A stretch of DNA of 64,000 nucleotides, taken from positions 186,001-250,000 of the IMG/VR virus record IMGVR_UViG_3300023174_002543; one strand, written 5' to 3'. How positions within the stretch are numbered: position 1 is the stretch's first letter; each line of letters begins with the position of its first letter. The notes under the pieces were generated by a model. It saw nothing but the letters and a program-made list of their open reading frames with translations. It had not been told where the DNA came from and did no database searches. Positions 9,051-19,931 of the stretch are shown here, one piece after another. Position numbers and translations under genes: made by a program.

Positions 9051-9440
9051 TTATCTCCTCATTTTACTGATATCTTGAGCCTCTTCATCACTAAAGATGG
9101 GTACTGCATTGCTCTTATGCATAGTACCGATACCAATAATTTTAGTACCTGTGTATTTTGGAATTTGTTTTACACTTGCAATACCATCACCCGTGTTACG
9201 ACTTGGAATATGTGTAGTTGTGCGACCTGCAGGGGCGGATAATTTATATGTGAGTGGCTCGGCTTTTAACGCACGTTTACGTTTCTTGTCGTCCTGCTCT
9301 ACTTCCCAACGCTTTTGCAATTCTTTCCAAGAGGCGTCTAGTTCACGTGCCTTACGTGCTTCCTCTGCATTACGGAATTTGAATTTACCCTTACGCTTAC
9401 CGGTCAATGTTAGAGCCGGACCTACTAAGTGCATAGTCAT
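9051..9440 (-). CDS. Conserved hypothetical phage protein
   Basis: C-terminal YTG..I.GI.TMHKSNAVP motif typical of large myoviruses; upstream TTGACA-N17-TATACT. Confidence 0.65.
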   Translation of the reverse strand: MTMHLVGPALTLTGKRKGKFKFRNAEEARKARELDASWKELQKRWEVEQDDKKRKRALKAEPLTYKLSAPAGRTTTHIPSRNTGDGIASVKQIPKYTGTKIIGIGTMHKSNAVPIFSDEEAQDISKMRR

Positions 9441-9501
9441 AATGATAATTGTTGAGTTGACATAGTTGTTAGTATAGCACAAATAGGATTTATTGTCAAC
9501 C

Positions 9502-9912
9502 TTATTTTTTTAAGATTTTCCACATTTCTTCCGCATGTAATATCTCTTTTTCCATTTCGCGGTACTCATCACCCAATTTCTTGAGTTTTTCCCACTTTTC
9601 TTCTAACTTTTCATTTGGGTGTAATATAGCTAATCTTTTTTCTATGTTATCTATTAACTTAGTAAGGCTTTTACCTTTTATTTTAACATCACCTTCAAAC
9701 TCAGCATCACCGCCAACTAGTAATGATGCACCCTTAAGGTTAGGATCTGCACTTATAGTGTAAGGGCCAGAACCAGTACTTACAGTCCACGGGCTTGTGT
9801 TTGTAGTTGTTGTAGTTCCCCAGGTAATTGTGCTACTTGCACCGTTACTCATTAATACTTGTCCTGATGTGCCTGTGATAGGGCTAGTATATGTATATGT
9901 GGGACTACTCAT
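9502..9912 (-). CDS. Hypothetical protein (S/T-rich N-terminus, coiled-coil C-terminus)
   Basis: Co-oriented ORF abutting its neighbours. Confidence 0.6.
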   Translation of the reverse strand: MSSPTYTYTSPITGTSGQVLMSNGASSTITWGTTTTTNTSPWTVSTGSGPYTISADPNLKGASLLVGGDAEFEGDVKIKGKSLTKLIDNIEKRLAILHPNEKLEEKWEKLKKLGDEYREMEKEILHAEEMWKILKK

Positions 9913-10103
9913 TATTTCTTAGCCTTACTGATAATATAACGACCTTTATCATCAACACTAAACTCTAGCGTATCACCCTCTTTCCAACCTAGTTTACGTA
10001 ATAATGGAGGGGGTAATGGGATAACTACATCCCCGTTCTCGTCAAATGTAGTTACTTCATAACTTTCTTTACTAGGAACGAAATTCTTTGATGATTTTGT
10101 CAT
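9912..10103 (-). CDS. AbrB/MazE-type DNA-binding protein
   Basis: G.VVIPLP..LLRKLGWKEGDTLEF motif. Confidence 0.75.
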   Translation of the reverse strand: MTKSSKNFVPSKESYEVTTFDENGDVVIPLPPPLLRKLGWKEGDTLEFSVDDKGRYIISKAKK

Positions 10104-10126
10104 TTGTGTATTATAGTACTTTTTTC

Positions 10127-10681
10127 TTAGATAGTCAAATCTCTTTTACCCACATATGGATTATAGATTTTTTCTAATTGTTGTATAGTGTGACCAGTAC
10201 TTTCATCACTATGTTTAACTGCAATGCCACCTGCACTAGCCCAAGCACTCAAGTACTTTCCGAAGTCATCTACTAATACTTGTGGTTTACCGTTTTTAGT
10301 AGCATATTTATATTTTGCACTTGTAAAGATAGCATTACTGCTAGTACCCGGATTGTAAGTGTCTAACCATTCACGCTTACCTTTGATGCTTGCTTGCCCC
10401 TCCATTCTAAGAGGAGCACTTAATACAGTAAAAGGTATTTTGTTTCTATGTAACCAAGCAATGATTACCTGTCCACCAGGTAATGGATCTAAGTCTCTAA
10501 AAAAATGATATACATTTTCGGGACCTGATTTTGCCAATCTAACGATTGCTTCCTCAGGGTTTGTGATATCTTTATAATGTTTAACTTTTTCTATCTCAGC
10601 CCAACGACCAAAGAAGTCGGCTTGAACTCCATCCATATCAAGGTATAAATGGGGCATTGATTCGATTTCTTGGATTTTCAT
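10127..10681 (-). CDS. HAD-family 5'(3')-deoxyribonucleotidase
   Basis: LYLDMDGVQADF, LSAP, K..WL and LVDD motifs. Confidence 0.85.
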   Translation of the reverse strand: MKIQEIESMPHLYLDMDGVQADFFGRWAEIEKVKHYKDITNPEEAIVRLAKSGPENVYHFFRDLDPLPGGQVIIAWLHRNKIPFTVLSAPLRMEGQASIKGKREWLDTYNPGTSSNAIFTSAKYKYATKNGKPQVLVDDFGKYLSAWASAGGIAVKHSDESTGHTIQQLEKIYNPYVGKRDLTI

Positions 10682-10785
10682 ATTAATAGTATACTATATT
10701 GTATTTAGTATGTCAATATTTATTTGACCAAAATCAAATAAATACTAATAAGAAGTATTATAACTAAAGTATAAGGAGTCAATCT

Positions 10786-11562
10786 GTGGATCCATTAACA
10801 CTGTTTGCGTTAGCCAACGGGGCAGTAGCCGCTGTTAAGAAAGGGTGTCAATTATATAAGGACATCAAAGGCGCCGCGGGTGATGTTAAAGCAGTATTAA
10901 AGGATCTTGACGAACAGTTTAGTAAAGCACATCCACCAGAAAAGCCAGCAAGTCCTGAGGCACGTAAACAGTTCATAGAAGAAAAAAATCGTGTTATTGA
11001 ATTGAATAAACGTGACGGTGAAACTGCCGGTATATACACCGAACTAGGTGAACATCTAGGTGCATACTATGACAACTACTACAAGTGCATGGCTGTGTTT
11101 GAGGAAGAAGAAAAACGTGCAAAGACTGAGGTTTATCACGGAGATGCTAGTTTAGGTAAACGCGCCTTACAACGTGTTTTAATGCGTAAACAACTAGAAC
11201 AGATGGGTGTGGAATTACGTGAGATAATGGTCTATCAAAGTCCAGCCGAATTGGGTGCGTTGCACACTGAAGTTGAAGAAATGATGAAAGAAATGGGCAA
11301 ACAACAAAAAATTCTAATTGCCCAGCAAATGCAACGTGACCGTGCCATGGCAATTAAAAGACGTAAAAAAAATGAAAATCTTTGGATACAGGCAACATGG
11401 GGAGTAGGCGCAATTATAATCATTGCAGCATTTAGCATAATGTTAGCAATGGTAGTAGAATCACGTAGGAATTTATATCCTCAATTAGGCAATCAATGGA
11501 TACCTAAAACAGAACAACAACGTAAAAAAGAAGCAGAACCACAAATATACATAGGAAGGTAA
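10786..11562 (+). CDS. Hypothetical coiled-coil membrane protein
   Basis: AAGGAG RBS and upstream ATAAATA motif; one C-proximal TM helix. Confidence 0.7.
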   Translation: MDPLTLFALANGAVAAVKKGCQLYKDIKGAAGDVKAVLKDLDEQFSKAHPPEKPASPEARKQFIEEKNRVIELNKRDGETAGIYTELGEHLGAYYDNYYKCMAVFEEEEKRAKTEVYHGDASLGKRALQRVLMRKQLEQMGVELREIMVYQSPAELGALHTEVEEMMKEMGKQQKILIAQQMQRDRAMAIKRRKKNENLWIQATWGVGAIIIIAAFSIMLAMVVESRRNLYPQLGNQWIPKTEQQRKKEAEPQIYIGR

Positions 11563-11780
11563 CCATGATAATATGGCAGATAATAATAAAAAAGAAGAAT
11601 ACGAATCCTTATGGGAATCATTTGTTGATATGGGAATTAAAAAGGCTTTATTACTAGTATGGTCTGTGTATATAGTAGCATATATTGCAGCCATGGCTAT
11701 ATTGTATTGGGCCCACAAACATTATAGATAAAATAAATAATTATATGAAATTATCACTATATACAATTAATACACATCAT

Positions 11781-11803
11781 GCCCCTATTTTGGGGCTTTT
11801 TTT
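11781..11803 (+). terminator. Intrinsic terminator
   Basis: GCCCC-TATTTT-GGGGC followed by a T run. Confidence 0.55.
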
Positions 11804-11816
11804 AGGAGGAAAACCT

Positions 11817-11954
11817 ATGAGTTGGTTTAATAGAAAACCCAGATTAAGAGAACCAAGCAGACCTTCTGCGCCACATCGCACTAGTCCAGTCTCAGAAAAA
11901 ATATTAAAAGAAGCAAAAAAATTAGGTCCAAAGAAAAAACTAAAAAAAGAATGA
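11817..11954 (+). CDS. Small basic protein (MSWFNRKPR...)
   Basis: AGGAGG RBS just upstream of the ATG. Confidence 0.5.
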   Translation: MSWFNRKPRLREPSRPSAPHRTSPVSEKILKEAKKLGPKKKLKKE

Positions 11955-12206
11955 AGTATTAGTTTACCCAAGTTTTATCTTTATAAATATATACAAAGGT
12001 AACTTATATGATAACAAAAATGATATGTAGGTTGCGTAAACTTTTAATATATGTATTCAAGGAAATACCAATTATATTGTTACTTGAGATATGGACTATC
12101 GCTAGGGTGTTGTCAACCTTAACGATAGTATTCTATATTATAATTAACAATTTTTTGAAAAATAATGTTGATGCTTGTATATTAAGTTTTTTTAAATAGG
12201 CTATTT

Positions 12207-12515
12207 ATGAAATTTTTATACACACTTTTACTATTATCAGTTATGACAACTGCAAATGCTCAAGTCTCAGAAACTATTACAACCGTTATGCCATGCGGTG
12301 AAACAAAACTTATTACTGATAAGTTAAAAAACAGTTATAATGAGAACCCTATTATAATCGGTATAGCCGATGATGAGGTTAATAGTTTAATGTCATTGTG
12401 GGCTAATACTAAAACCGGTAGTTGGACACTAGTTGCATCTAGTCAAGGACTAAGTTGCATTATAGGTACTGGAAAAAATTTAAAGGTTGTCGAGTCTGCT
12501 GGCAAGACTATTTAA
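12207..12515 (+). CDS. Secreted or periplasmic protein with two Cys
   Basis: Signal peptide ending ANA; N..TGSWT...C....G pattern common in phages. Confidence 0.7.
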   Translation: MKFLYTLLLLSVMTTANAQVSETITTVMPCGETKLITDKLKNSYNENPIIIGIADDEVNSLMSLWANTKTGSWTLVASSQGLSCIIGTGKNLKVVESAGKTI

Positions 12516-12877
12516 AACACCATTGTCAATATAAACAAGTATGTTATCTGATGTGCCATTTGGTCTAATCCCAAGTGATTCCAAAATTGAATTTTTGACA
12601 CATCTGTCTCCCCATAATTCATTTTAGTCCAGTCAATGTGATAATGCAATAAACTGTCAATAATTGCCAATATCATAGCATATAAAAAGTAACCTTGACC
12701 AGTAATCGCTAGTATACAGAATAAAGTAGCTATACCATGTTTGATGCTATGTGTCATACCTTGCATACTACCATAGATGCCCTTATGTTCCAACTCGCTT
12801 TTGGTTTGTGCGGCAAAATCAATATACCAATGTTTGATTTGCAATAGTATGTATAGTGTGATTAATTCAACTGACAT
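12512..12877 (-). CDS. DUF3307-like membrane protein
   Basis: HW..DF, H..ID..K and G.DQ..H motifs with TM helices. Confidence 0.75.
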   Translation of the reverse strand: MSVELITLYILLQIKHWYIDFAAQTKSELEHKGIYGSMQGMTHSIKHGIATLFCILAITGQGYFLYAMILAIIDSLLHYHIDWTKMNYGETDVSKIQFWNHLGLDQMAHQITYLFILTMVF

Positions 12878-12885
12878 GTTTTTCC

Positions 12886-13325
12886 TTATTTTCTGATGGG
12901 TGTATAATCAACGTTTGGGGTGGGTGAATAATCTTTGGTAAAGCTATTACGCATCTCATCACCATACTTTAATGTGATATAACTAAAGAGTGTATCTTTA
13001 CCTTCATTTATTCCTATACGCAAATAGTTTAGCCACTTGATTTTTTCATGGATATGCTTTTTAAGATTGATATCTTTTAGTATATCATCAAAGTTATTTG
13101 ATTCACGGTAAAAAGTAATGTACTTCATTTTTTCCAAAGTATAAAGTTTATATAGTCTGTCTCTGATTCAAAATAGAATGTATATTTGCCGGGAAGTAAT
13201 CCTGCCATACCTTGTATATCATAACCCCAATCTGCAATGCATTGGTTTTGACACCAATTCATTATAGGTGCAAGCTGACCAAACTTAATGTCAATTTCAG
13301 TCTTGTACTGTGTGTTGGGTGACAT
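12886..13325 (-). CDS. Two small hypothetical proteins (12886-13128 and 13125-13325)
   Basis: Overlapping co-oriented ORFs ending F..I.LK(Y/W). Confidence 0.55.
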
Positions 13326-13815
13326 TGACTCCACTCTTATTTAAGAAATTTATACCATCATCGCTACGATAAGTGTTACGGTATAAAACGTTGTTAATAC
13401 CACTTTGGTAGATAAGTTTGGCACAGTCCAAACATGGAGCATGGGTAATAAACAAAGTAGCACCCACACCAGATTCGTTAGATTTAGCAAGTTTCGCAAT
13501 CGCATTCGTTTCAGCATGTAATACCTCGGGCTTAGTTTTTAGTCCGTAACGCACATCACGTTGGACACTATCGTGCCATTCTTCATACGGATACTTTTCT
13601 GCAAACTCATCTGGATCCAACCATCCGCCTGCTCCAGGATCATAAACTTTGTCTTCACAGTTATTATCCCAACCACTGGGCATACCGTTATACCCAATAG
13701 ATATGATTCTATCATCTTTAACAATGATGGCACCAACTTTCAATCGTATAGCATGGCTTAACTGACTTGTACGTTCGGCTACATCCATGAAATAGTTAAT
13801 AAACTTTTGTTTCAT
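13297..13815 (-). CDS. dCMP deaminase
   Basis: GYNG.P, HAETNA and PCLDC zinc-deaminase motifs. Confidence 0.92.
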   Translation of the reverse strand: MKQKFINYFMDVAERTSQLSHAIRLKVGAIIVKDDRIISIGYNGMPSGWDNNCEDKVYDPGAGGWLDPDEFAEKYPYEEWHDSVQRDVRYGLKTKPEVLHAETNAIAKLAKSNESGVGATLFITHAPCLDCAKLIYQSGINNVLYRNTYRSDDGINFLNKSGVNVTQHTVQD

Positions 13816-14971
13816 TTAACATAAAATGTTTTAATATGGTCTCTGGCTGCTTTGTTGTTTAATATACTTAGCACGTGATTGGTCTCGTTATATTTTTCAC
13901 AAAAATATTGACCTAATTTTTTATCACCTTTGATTTGTTCAAATAAGAAGCCCTTGAAAAATTGTTCAAACTCTTGTTCATCAATTTTGAAATTGCTCCT
14001 ATTTTTACCCAATGATTGTAATTCTAATTGTTTTGCTAAATTATCAAACATATCAATCCCACAAGTTACGATAATACTTACCAAACAAATCAAGACCTTC
14101 TTGTATGCGGTCTTCGTGTTTCTTGTGTCCTACATGGTCATACCAATGTTCATCTGGATTTTTATCAACCATTTGATATGTCGCTTCCATTACACCTGTT
14201 ATAGGATTAGGATAAAGTTTATCAGTTTCTTTCCAATCATACTTTGCCTCACCGTGATGATACTTACTATCGTAGTCTCCGTCAGCAATTTGCTGAAAGC
14301 TCCAAATCATTTTGTCTAATGCATCGTCCCATGATTTGATTCGTTCATTGAATAGTTCGTCAACATTTTCTTTGTAAAAATCAAAACTATCTTGATTGTT
14401 ATAACTCTCACCGCCTACTTCTGAGAAGTCATGGGGCACACCGTGCTTTGTTGCTTTCAGTTGTAACAACATGGGGTAGATAATCATAGCCAGGGTATGA
14501 TCCATATTCCATGTATCATATTTGTCTATTTGTATATCAACTTTTCTATTCCCATTGCCTTTAGGAAAAGGACCAATTTTAATCTTCATGCTTTACTTTT
14601 TCTATAACTTCGCCGTCATAGTGATATGCTTGTTTATCATGGAAGACGAACACATCTGTTAATTTTGTATATTCTCTGCACCGTTTACAAAGTTCCTCTA
14701 ATGTAGAAGCCTGACATACAAAGTTGCTTTGGTCTACTGTGTACAAATACAATTCATCATTAATAGTTTCCGTTTTAAACATCATCGACCTTGCGACTTC
14801 TAACACATGTTCATCTTCTGTATTAAGTCTCTCAATATCTTCTATTTCAATTTCTCTTCCGGTCATTTTTTCAAATAGGCTAAGCATACGCATTACTGCC
14901 ATAAACTCGCCTACATGATACCCTACTATAAGGATAAGGATAATTTCAAGTAGTGTGTAAAAGTCTTCCAT
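13812..14971 (-). CDS. Three hypothetical proteins (13812-14051, 14053-14589, 14579-14971)
   Basis: Tightly packed co-oriented ORFs. Confidence 0.6.
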
Positions 14972-14988
14972 AGAATATACCTCTACTT

Positions 14989-15270
14989 TTATTTATTAAT
15001 TGTAAGATTAGACCATTGTTTCAATTTTTCAAACTTCTTCATTTTGGCTTCAAAGATGCCTTGATCGGTTATGCCAACTTTACAGTCAACTAATAATTCA
15101 ACCATAGCCATCAAGTCACCAATTTCTTCTTCAAGCATACTAAGATTAGTTCGTTCTTTACCTGGCTTTAGTTGGTCAGGGCCAAAACGAAAACACTTAC
15201 TAATTGCTTGTGTTACTTCTGCACACTCTTCCATAAGGATGAGTAATGTTTCTCTCAAATCTTCATTCAT
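14989..15270 (-). CDS. MazG-like nucleotide pyrophosphohydrolase
   Basis: EECAEV...EEEIGDL motifs. Confidence 0.75.
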   Translation of the reverse strand: MNEDLRETLLILMEECAEVTQAISKCFRFGPDQLKPGKERTNLSMLEEEIGDLMAMVELLVDCKVGITDQGIFEAKMKKFEKLKQWSNLTINK

Positions 15271-15272
15271 TT

Positions 15273-15488
15273 TTATTTGTCCCATGTATTCAATTCAGTA
15301 ACAATGTGTTCTAAAGCCTCTGTAACTTCCCATGTACCATGCGGGGGTGCATAGACGAATGTTACATTTTCTAATATACCGTTTTCTCTTGTAATTGTGT
15401 TAGTGTAGATAGATATAATTTCAGTAATTTTAATTGCTACTTTATTACCCTTATGGGCTTCAGTTGCATTTGTCAATGTTATAAACAT
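15273..15488 (-). CDS. Small hypothetical protein
   Basis: MFITLT...V.E..E.I pattern; translationally coupled. Confidence 0.55.
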   Translation of the reverse strand: MFITLTNATEAHKGNKVAIKITEIISIYTNTITRENGILENVTFVYAPPHGTWEVTEALEHIVTELNTWDK

Positions 15489-15955
15489 TATTTTATTCCT
15501 TGTAAATATTCTTCGTGTTGTATCCAGTCTGATTTTTTATCAGAACCTTTTAAGAAACCCCAATCACGTTGTTGTGGTCCCATGAAGAATAATGTAGTAG
15601 CAGGTCCAACATTCTCATCAAGTTCTAACCAGTGATAGTCTTTTGCACCTCGTATAATAACAGAGCCTGGCCTACGCCACACTTGGAACTCTGCAATCTT
15701 TTTGCCCTCGTTATTAAAGACAGGAGTGTGTTCCCAGTATCCACCTTTGATGATAACTGTCATATAGGGCCAGGGATGGTCATGAAAGATTGGATCATCA
15801 CTAATCAATATTTTATGTAATGTGACATTAAATGGGAACCATTTGCGGTCTTTAAGAAAGACATAGTATCTATGCATATAGTCACGACCTGTTCTGCGGT
15901 CTGGGATTAAACGATAGCGACCTAACTTATCCATTACTCGGTGAAACCAACTCAT
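15488..15955 (-). CDS. Cupin-fold protein
   Basis: HDHPW...GGY.E...H motif; AGGAG RBS and an upstream sigma70-like promoter. Confidence 0.75.
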   Translation of the reverse strand: MSWFHRVMDKLGRYRLIPDRRTGRDYMHRYYVFLKDRKWFPFNVTLHKILISDDPIFHDHPWPYMTVIIKGGYWEHTPVFNNEGKKIAEFQVWRRPGSVIIRGAKDYHWLELDENVGPATTLFFMGPQQRDWGFLKGSDKKSDWIQHEEYLQGIK

Positions 15956-16005
15956 AACATCTCCTATAGAGTATTATAGCACATAAATGATTTTATGTAA
16001 ACAGA

Positions 16006-16028
16006 AAAAGGGCATTAAATGCCCTTTT
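16006..16028. terminator. Bidirectional intrinsic terminator
   Basis: AAAAGGGCA-TTAAA-TGCCCTTTT. Confidence 0.75.
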
Positions 16029-16045
16029 CTTAGTGCTAGTCTAAA

Positions 16046-16300
16046 TTAGACTTGCTCTGCCAACGCACGATAGCCAGCGGCTACAACTGCACGGCTAGGA
16101 GTACCCAAACGGTACTTGGTAAAAGTTTGACCAAGACGATTAGTACGCTTGTTAGCGTAAATTGCAAAACCGTTAAAACGCAATGCGCTAACAGATGCAG
16201 TTGGGTTAGCAATACCAAAACGATGGGTAATTTGCTTTGCGGTGAGTTCTTCACCTTTACGTAGTGCCTCTAAGAGGGCTTGTGATTTAGTCACGTTCAT
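16046..16300 (-). CDS. Small winged-HTH-like DNA-binding protein
   Basis: Start moved to MNVTKSQ after AAGGA; L.ALR.GEELTAKQI..RFGIANP. Confidence 0.65.
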   Translation of the reverse strand: MNVTKSQALLEALRKGEELTAKQITHRFGIANPTASVSALRFNGFAIYANKRTNRLGQTFTKYRLGTPSRAVVAAGYRALAEQV

Positions 16301-16396
16301 TTTATTTTCCTTAAATGTTTCATTGTTCTCACAATGTACAAAGATTATACGATATTCTTTGCGCTTATGCAATACATATTGGACACCTTGTTTCAC

Positions 16397-17245
16397 TTAA
16401 ATGTCCAAATATTTTAACTGAAAACTATCAGCATGTTCATCGTGGCCCTTATATCCTCTTGGATTGCACACAATACGTGTGTTACCAATCATATAATCAA
16501 ATGGTTCATGCGTATGACCATGAGTCCACAATGCAATTTGTGGGTGATTCAAAATGAATTCACTCAACTCACTATGGTATCCACCATTCATCAACATATC
16601 ACCTTTGTATCTATCATGGATTGATTGGTGACTTGGTGTATGGTGACCTACAATAACACACTTCTGGTCTTTTCTATCGGCTAGAACATTTTTAAAGTAA
16701 CTCATTGTTTGCGAATGGCGATACATTGTTTGTGCCGGTCGTAACTTAGTGAAACCTTTTTCATCATTGCGAATAATGCGATAGTCATTCATCATGTCCG
16801 TTAGTGCATGAAGTGTTAGTGGATCACCTTTATTACAATCAGTCCACAATGTAGCACCAATGAATGTTACATCATTGATAACTTTCAAATCGTTTTCTAA
16901 AAAGTAAACGTTGGGAAACTTAGCACATTCTTCTCGCAAATGGTCCAAACTAGCCTTCCAACGACCATGATAGAATTCGTGATTACCTGCAATGTAAATC
17001 ACATGTGGGAATTGAAAACTACAGCGGCTAAGGAAGTCACGGAAGCGCAACGCTACGACCTGTCTACGACCAAGGTCAGCAAGATTAATGTTACTATACA
17101 TTCCATAACTCATTTCCGGATGATTATGTAAATCTTCCGCAATCATAATATCACCGCCGAGGATAAGTACCTCCGCACCTTCTTCGTTTTTAAGGTTGAT
17201 ATCTTCAAATTCTAAATGTAGGTCACTACATACTGCTATTTTCAT
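16397..17245 (-). CDS. Calcineurin-like metallophosphoesterase
   Basis: SDLH, GGD, AGNHE, GHH.P, HGHTH and NPRGY motifs. Confidence 0.92.
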   Translation of the reverse strand: MKIAVCSDLHLEFEDINLKNEEGAEVLILGGDIMIAEDLHNHPEMSYGMYSNINLADLGRRQVVALRFRDFLSRCSFQFPHVIYIAGNHEFYHGRWKASLDHLREECAKFPNVYFLENDLKVINDVTFIGATLWTDCNKGDPLTLHALTDMMNDYRIIRNDEKGFTKLRPAQTMYRHSQTMSYFKNVLADRKDQKCVIVGHHTPSHQSIHDRYKGDMLMNGGYHSELSEFILNHPQIALWTHGHTHEPFDYMIGNTRIVCNPRGYKGHDEHADSFQLKYLDI

Positions 17246-17592
17246 TTTAATCCTTCAACGTGTTTGCACTTGCCCCTAAATACAAATCCAGGGCATGAAC
17301 ATGTATGTCCATTTTCTTCTTCAGTAACAGTATATTCGTTGCCTTTACTACCTTTAACTATCCATGACTTTGATACTTGTTTAAGTTCGTCAATATGGAT
17401 ATAACCATATGTATTTGGGATTTCTTTGAAAGTACGACCGCGTGTGTCAATACGAATAAAATTCTTTAATGTACGAACCTCTTTCGAACCATGCGGTACA
17501 TAAGCATACAATTTAGTTTTGTCATCACTCAAGTAATAAGCATGGTTGGGACAATCAACATCCCATTTAGTAGTTTCTTGAAATAACTTCAT
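17242..17592 (-). CDS. SWIM zinc-finger protein
   Basis: C-terminal CSCPGF...CKH. Confidence 0.75.
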   Translation of the reverse strand: MKLFQETTKWDVDCPNHAYYLSDDKTKLYAYVPHGSKEVRTLKNFIRIDTRGRTFKEIPNTYGYIHIDELKQVSKSWIVKGSKGNEYTVTEEENGHTCSCPGFVFRGKCKHVEGLK

Positions 17593-17659
17593 AACATCTC
17601 CCTTTGATATCTTATTATAGTACCAAAAGGAGATATTGTCAACATCTTACTTGTTGTTT

Positions 17660-18265
17660 TTATACAACATTATTTGTAATACGTTTTTCTAACACTTTAT
17701 CCGCTAGCCCATACTCCACTGCTTGGGTAGCACTCATAAAATTATCACGTTCCATATCAGCAGATAATTGTTCAAATGTTTTACCCACACTATTATGCTT
17801 AACATAAATGTTAGTGAGGTTCTTTTTCATCTCAATAATTTCATTTACCTGAATAAGCATATCAGTTGCTTGCCCACGTGCGCCACCTGATGGCTGGTGA
17901 ATCATGTGTCGTGCATTGGGAAGAATAAAACGCTTACCGGGGGAGCCTGCTTGTGCAAGTAAACTACCCATTGAACATGCCTGACCCATAACAATTGTAT
18001 GTACATCTGGTCCGATAAATTGCATTGCATCATAGATAGCCATACCAGCAGTTACACTACCACCTGGGCTATTGATGTAAACTGAAATGTCTTTATTGCT
18101 ATCTTCGCTTTCTAAGAATAACAATTGGGCAACAATAAGATTTGCCATTTGGTCATGAACCTCACCCTCAAGTAAGATAACACGGTCACGCATTAATCGA
18201 CTATAAATGTCGTAACTACGTTCACCCTTTGATGTTTGTTCAATAACGATTGGTACTAATGCCAT
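17660..18265 (-). CDS. clpP: Clp protease proteolytic subunit
   Basis: YDIYSRL, YINSPGG, QACSMG (catalytic Ser), MIHQP (His), RDNFM. Confidence 0.97.
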   Translation of the reverse strand: MALVPIVIEQTSKGERSYDIYSRLMRDRVILLEGEVHDQMANLIVAQLLFLESEDSNKDISVYINSPGGSVTAGMAIYDAMQFIGPDVHTIVMGQACSMGSLLAQAGSPGKRFILPNARHMIHQPSGGARGQATDMLIQVNEIIEMKKNLTNIYVKHNSVGKTFEQLSADMERDNFMSATQAVEYGLADKVLEKRITNNVV

Positions 18266-18326
18266 ATAACTTCCTATAAAATAGTAATTATTATATAAGA
18301 AATTTACTTGATTGTCAAGTGTTTAG

Positions 18327-19922
18327 TTATCTTTTTTTGACCACTGATTGCTTGCTGCGACCCACATTACCGCCTGCTTTAACCTGTTGTGATAGTTTGG
18401 TAACTTTATCGGGTTCGGCTATACTTTGTGAAATTTCGGGTTCGTCAATATCTACATCTGGCGTAGTGTCAACATCAATATATGGACCGTCTGGGCCCAT
18501 ATCTTCATAGTCACTTGCGTTACGACCTAACTTGAAACTAAACCCAGCACTACTTGGTTCTACTGCACTAGATTTGTTTTCCATAGTTACAACGCCTTCA
18601 AGTTTTGAGGGCCATTGTGTAGCAAATGTTATCTCACCATTAGAATTGTAATCGGTGTATTGTTGAATAAAGTTCATTTCTAAAACTTGTAGAATAGTAT
18701 CTGCAAATTCTGGAACAACTGCTTTACTGTTAACTAACTGTGCAATGGTTTTCTTAATCTTATAAACCATTTTACCACCGTCACTAGCCTTCTCACTGTT
18801 AACATCATTTATTAAAGGTTGATATACTTGCGGTAATTGTAATGATTGTATACCCTTTTCATTCTTTTGACCCTTGATACTATTAATACTTGCAATACAT
18901 TGTTGTTGTAGTTTAGGAGCCTTGCTTTCAAATGGTAAAAATTTATGCCAAACTTTTGGTACACCGTTTGGACTAACTGAATATAAGAAATCCATAATCT
19001 TAAATGCCTGTACAATAGTACTTGGACCAGTCTCATCTTTACCTGCCTGACATAATTCAATTAATCTAACTGCATTCTTTAATTTTGCATTACGTTTGAT
19101 ATCTGGACTTATCTTCAACCCTGATATTGCAGGAGCTGCTCCACCACCGGTACCTTTACTACTGATATTCAAACTATGGCTTGTATTTGGATTTTTAATA
19201 ACTGCATAACTATCAGCAATGTTATTGTTAGCCGCACTAGGGAAGTTCAATGTTAACTCACCGATATCACCACCTAGCCACTCTAAGAACTGTTGCTTTC
19301 TTGGGAAGCGACTACGACCATATAATAATGCCAGTACACCCAAGTATTCACCTGCATAATCAACAATTGCTTTGCGTTCTGATTCTTTTGCTTTTTCTAA
19401 ATATTCAGGTGGTAATTGACAATATTCACCTGCAATAATATATTGTGCTAGTTGAATAACTACTCTACCATAGTCTGTACTTTGAAGTACTTGATTGCCT
19501 GCAATTTGTTCGTATAAATCCGTAGCAGGAATATCTCTGTCTGTAATCTTAATTAAACTTGGTTTCAGTAATACGGATTCTTTTGTACTACCGCCAAATT
19601 CTTCATTCTTGGCCAATTGTGACATCGGAATTTCTTGTCCGTCTTTAGTTAAGATAGTTGTTTTCTCACCCTTGAACGTACCGTCCTTCTTCATTTTAGT
19701 TAGACGCTTTGCCTCATTTGGATCAATAAAGATTTGGTCACCTGTTACATTGTCAATGAAGGGTTGATTTGTGGATATCTTTTGAATCAATAACGTCCAA
19801 CGTGCAGGGTCTTTGTTTATTTGGGTGGGGGTTAAGCCGTTAGCAAAAAGAGTTTGAGGAGCATTAGGATCCTTCTTTGTTGCTTCTTCTAAATTTTCTA
19901 GTATTGTTAATAAATCACGCAT
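18327..19922 (-). CDS. Large late protein with an MRDLL..LE leader and a possible PD-(D/E)xK nuclease-like core
   Basis: AGEY.G...FP...N..ADSY...NISSKG pattern; TAAATA 6 nt before the ATG. Confidence 0.55.
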   Translation of the reverse strand: MRDLLTILENLEEATKKDPNAPQTLFANGLTPTQINKDPARWTLLIQKISTNQPFIDNVTGDQIFIDPNEAKRLTKMKKDGTFKGEKTTILTKDGQEIPMSQLAKNEEFGGSTKESVLLKPSLIKITDRDIPATDLYEQIAGNQVLQSTDYGRVVIQLAQYIIAGEYCQLPPEYLEKAKESERKAIVDYAGEYLGVLALLYGRSRFPRKQQFLEWLGGDIGELTLNFPSAANNNIADSYAVIKNPNTSHSLNISSKGTGGGAAPAISGLKISPDIKRNAKLKNAVRLIELCQAGKDETGPSTIVQAFKIMDFLYSVSPNGVPKVWHKFLPFESKAPKLQQQCIASINSIKGQKNEKGIQSLQLPQVYQPLINDVNSEKASDGGKMVYKIKKTIAQLVNSKAVVPEFADTILQVLEMNFIQQYTDYNSNGEITFATQWPSKLEGVVTMENKSSAVEPSSAGFSFKLGRNASDYEDMGPDGPYIDVDTTPDVDIDEPEISQSIAEPDKVTKLSQQVKAGGNVGRSKQSVVKKR

Positions 19923-19931
19923 AATATGTAT

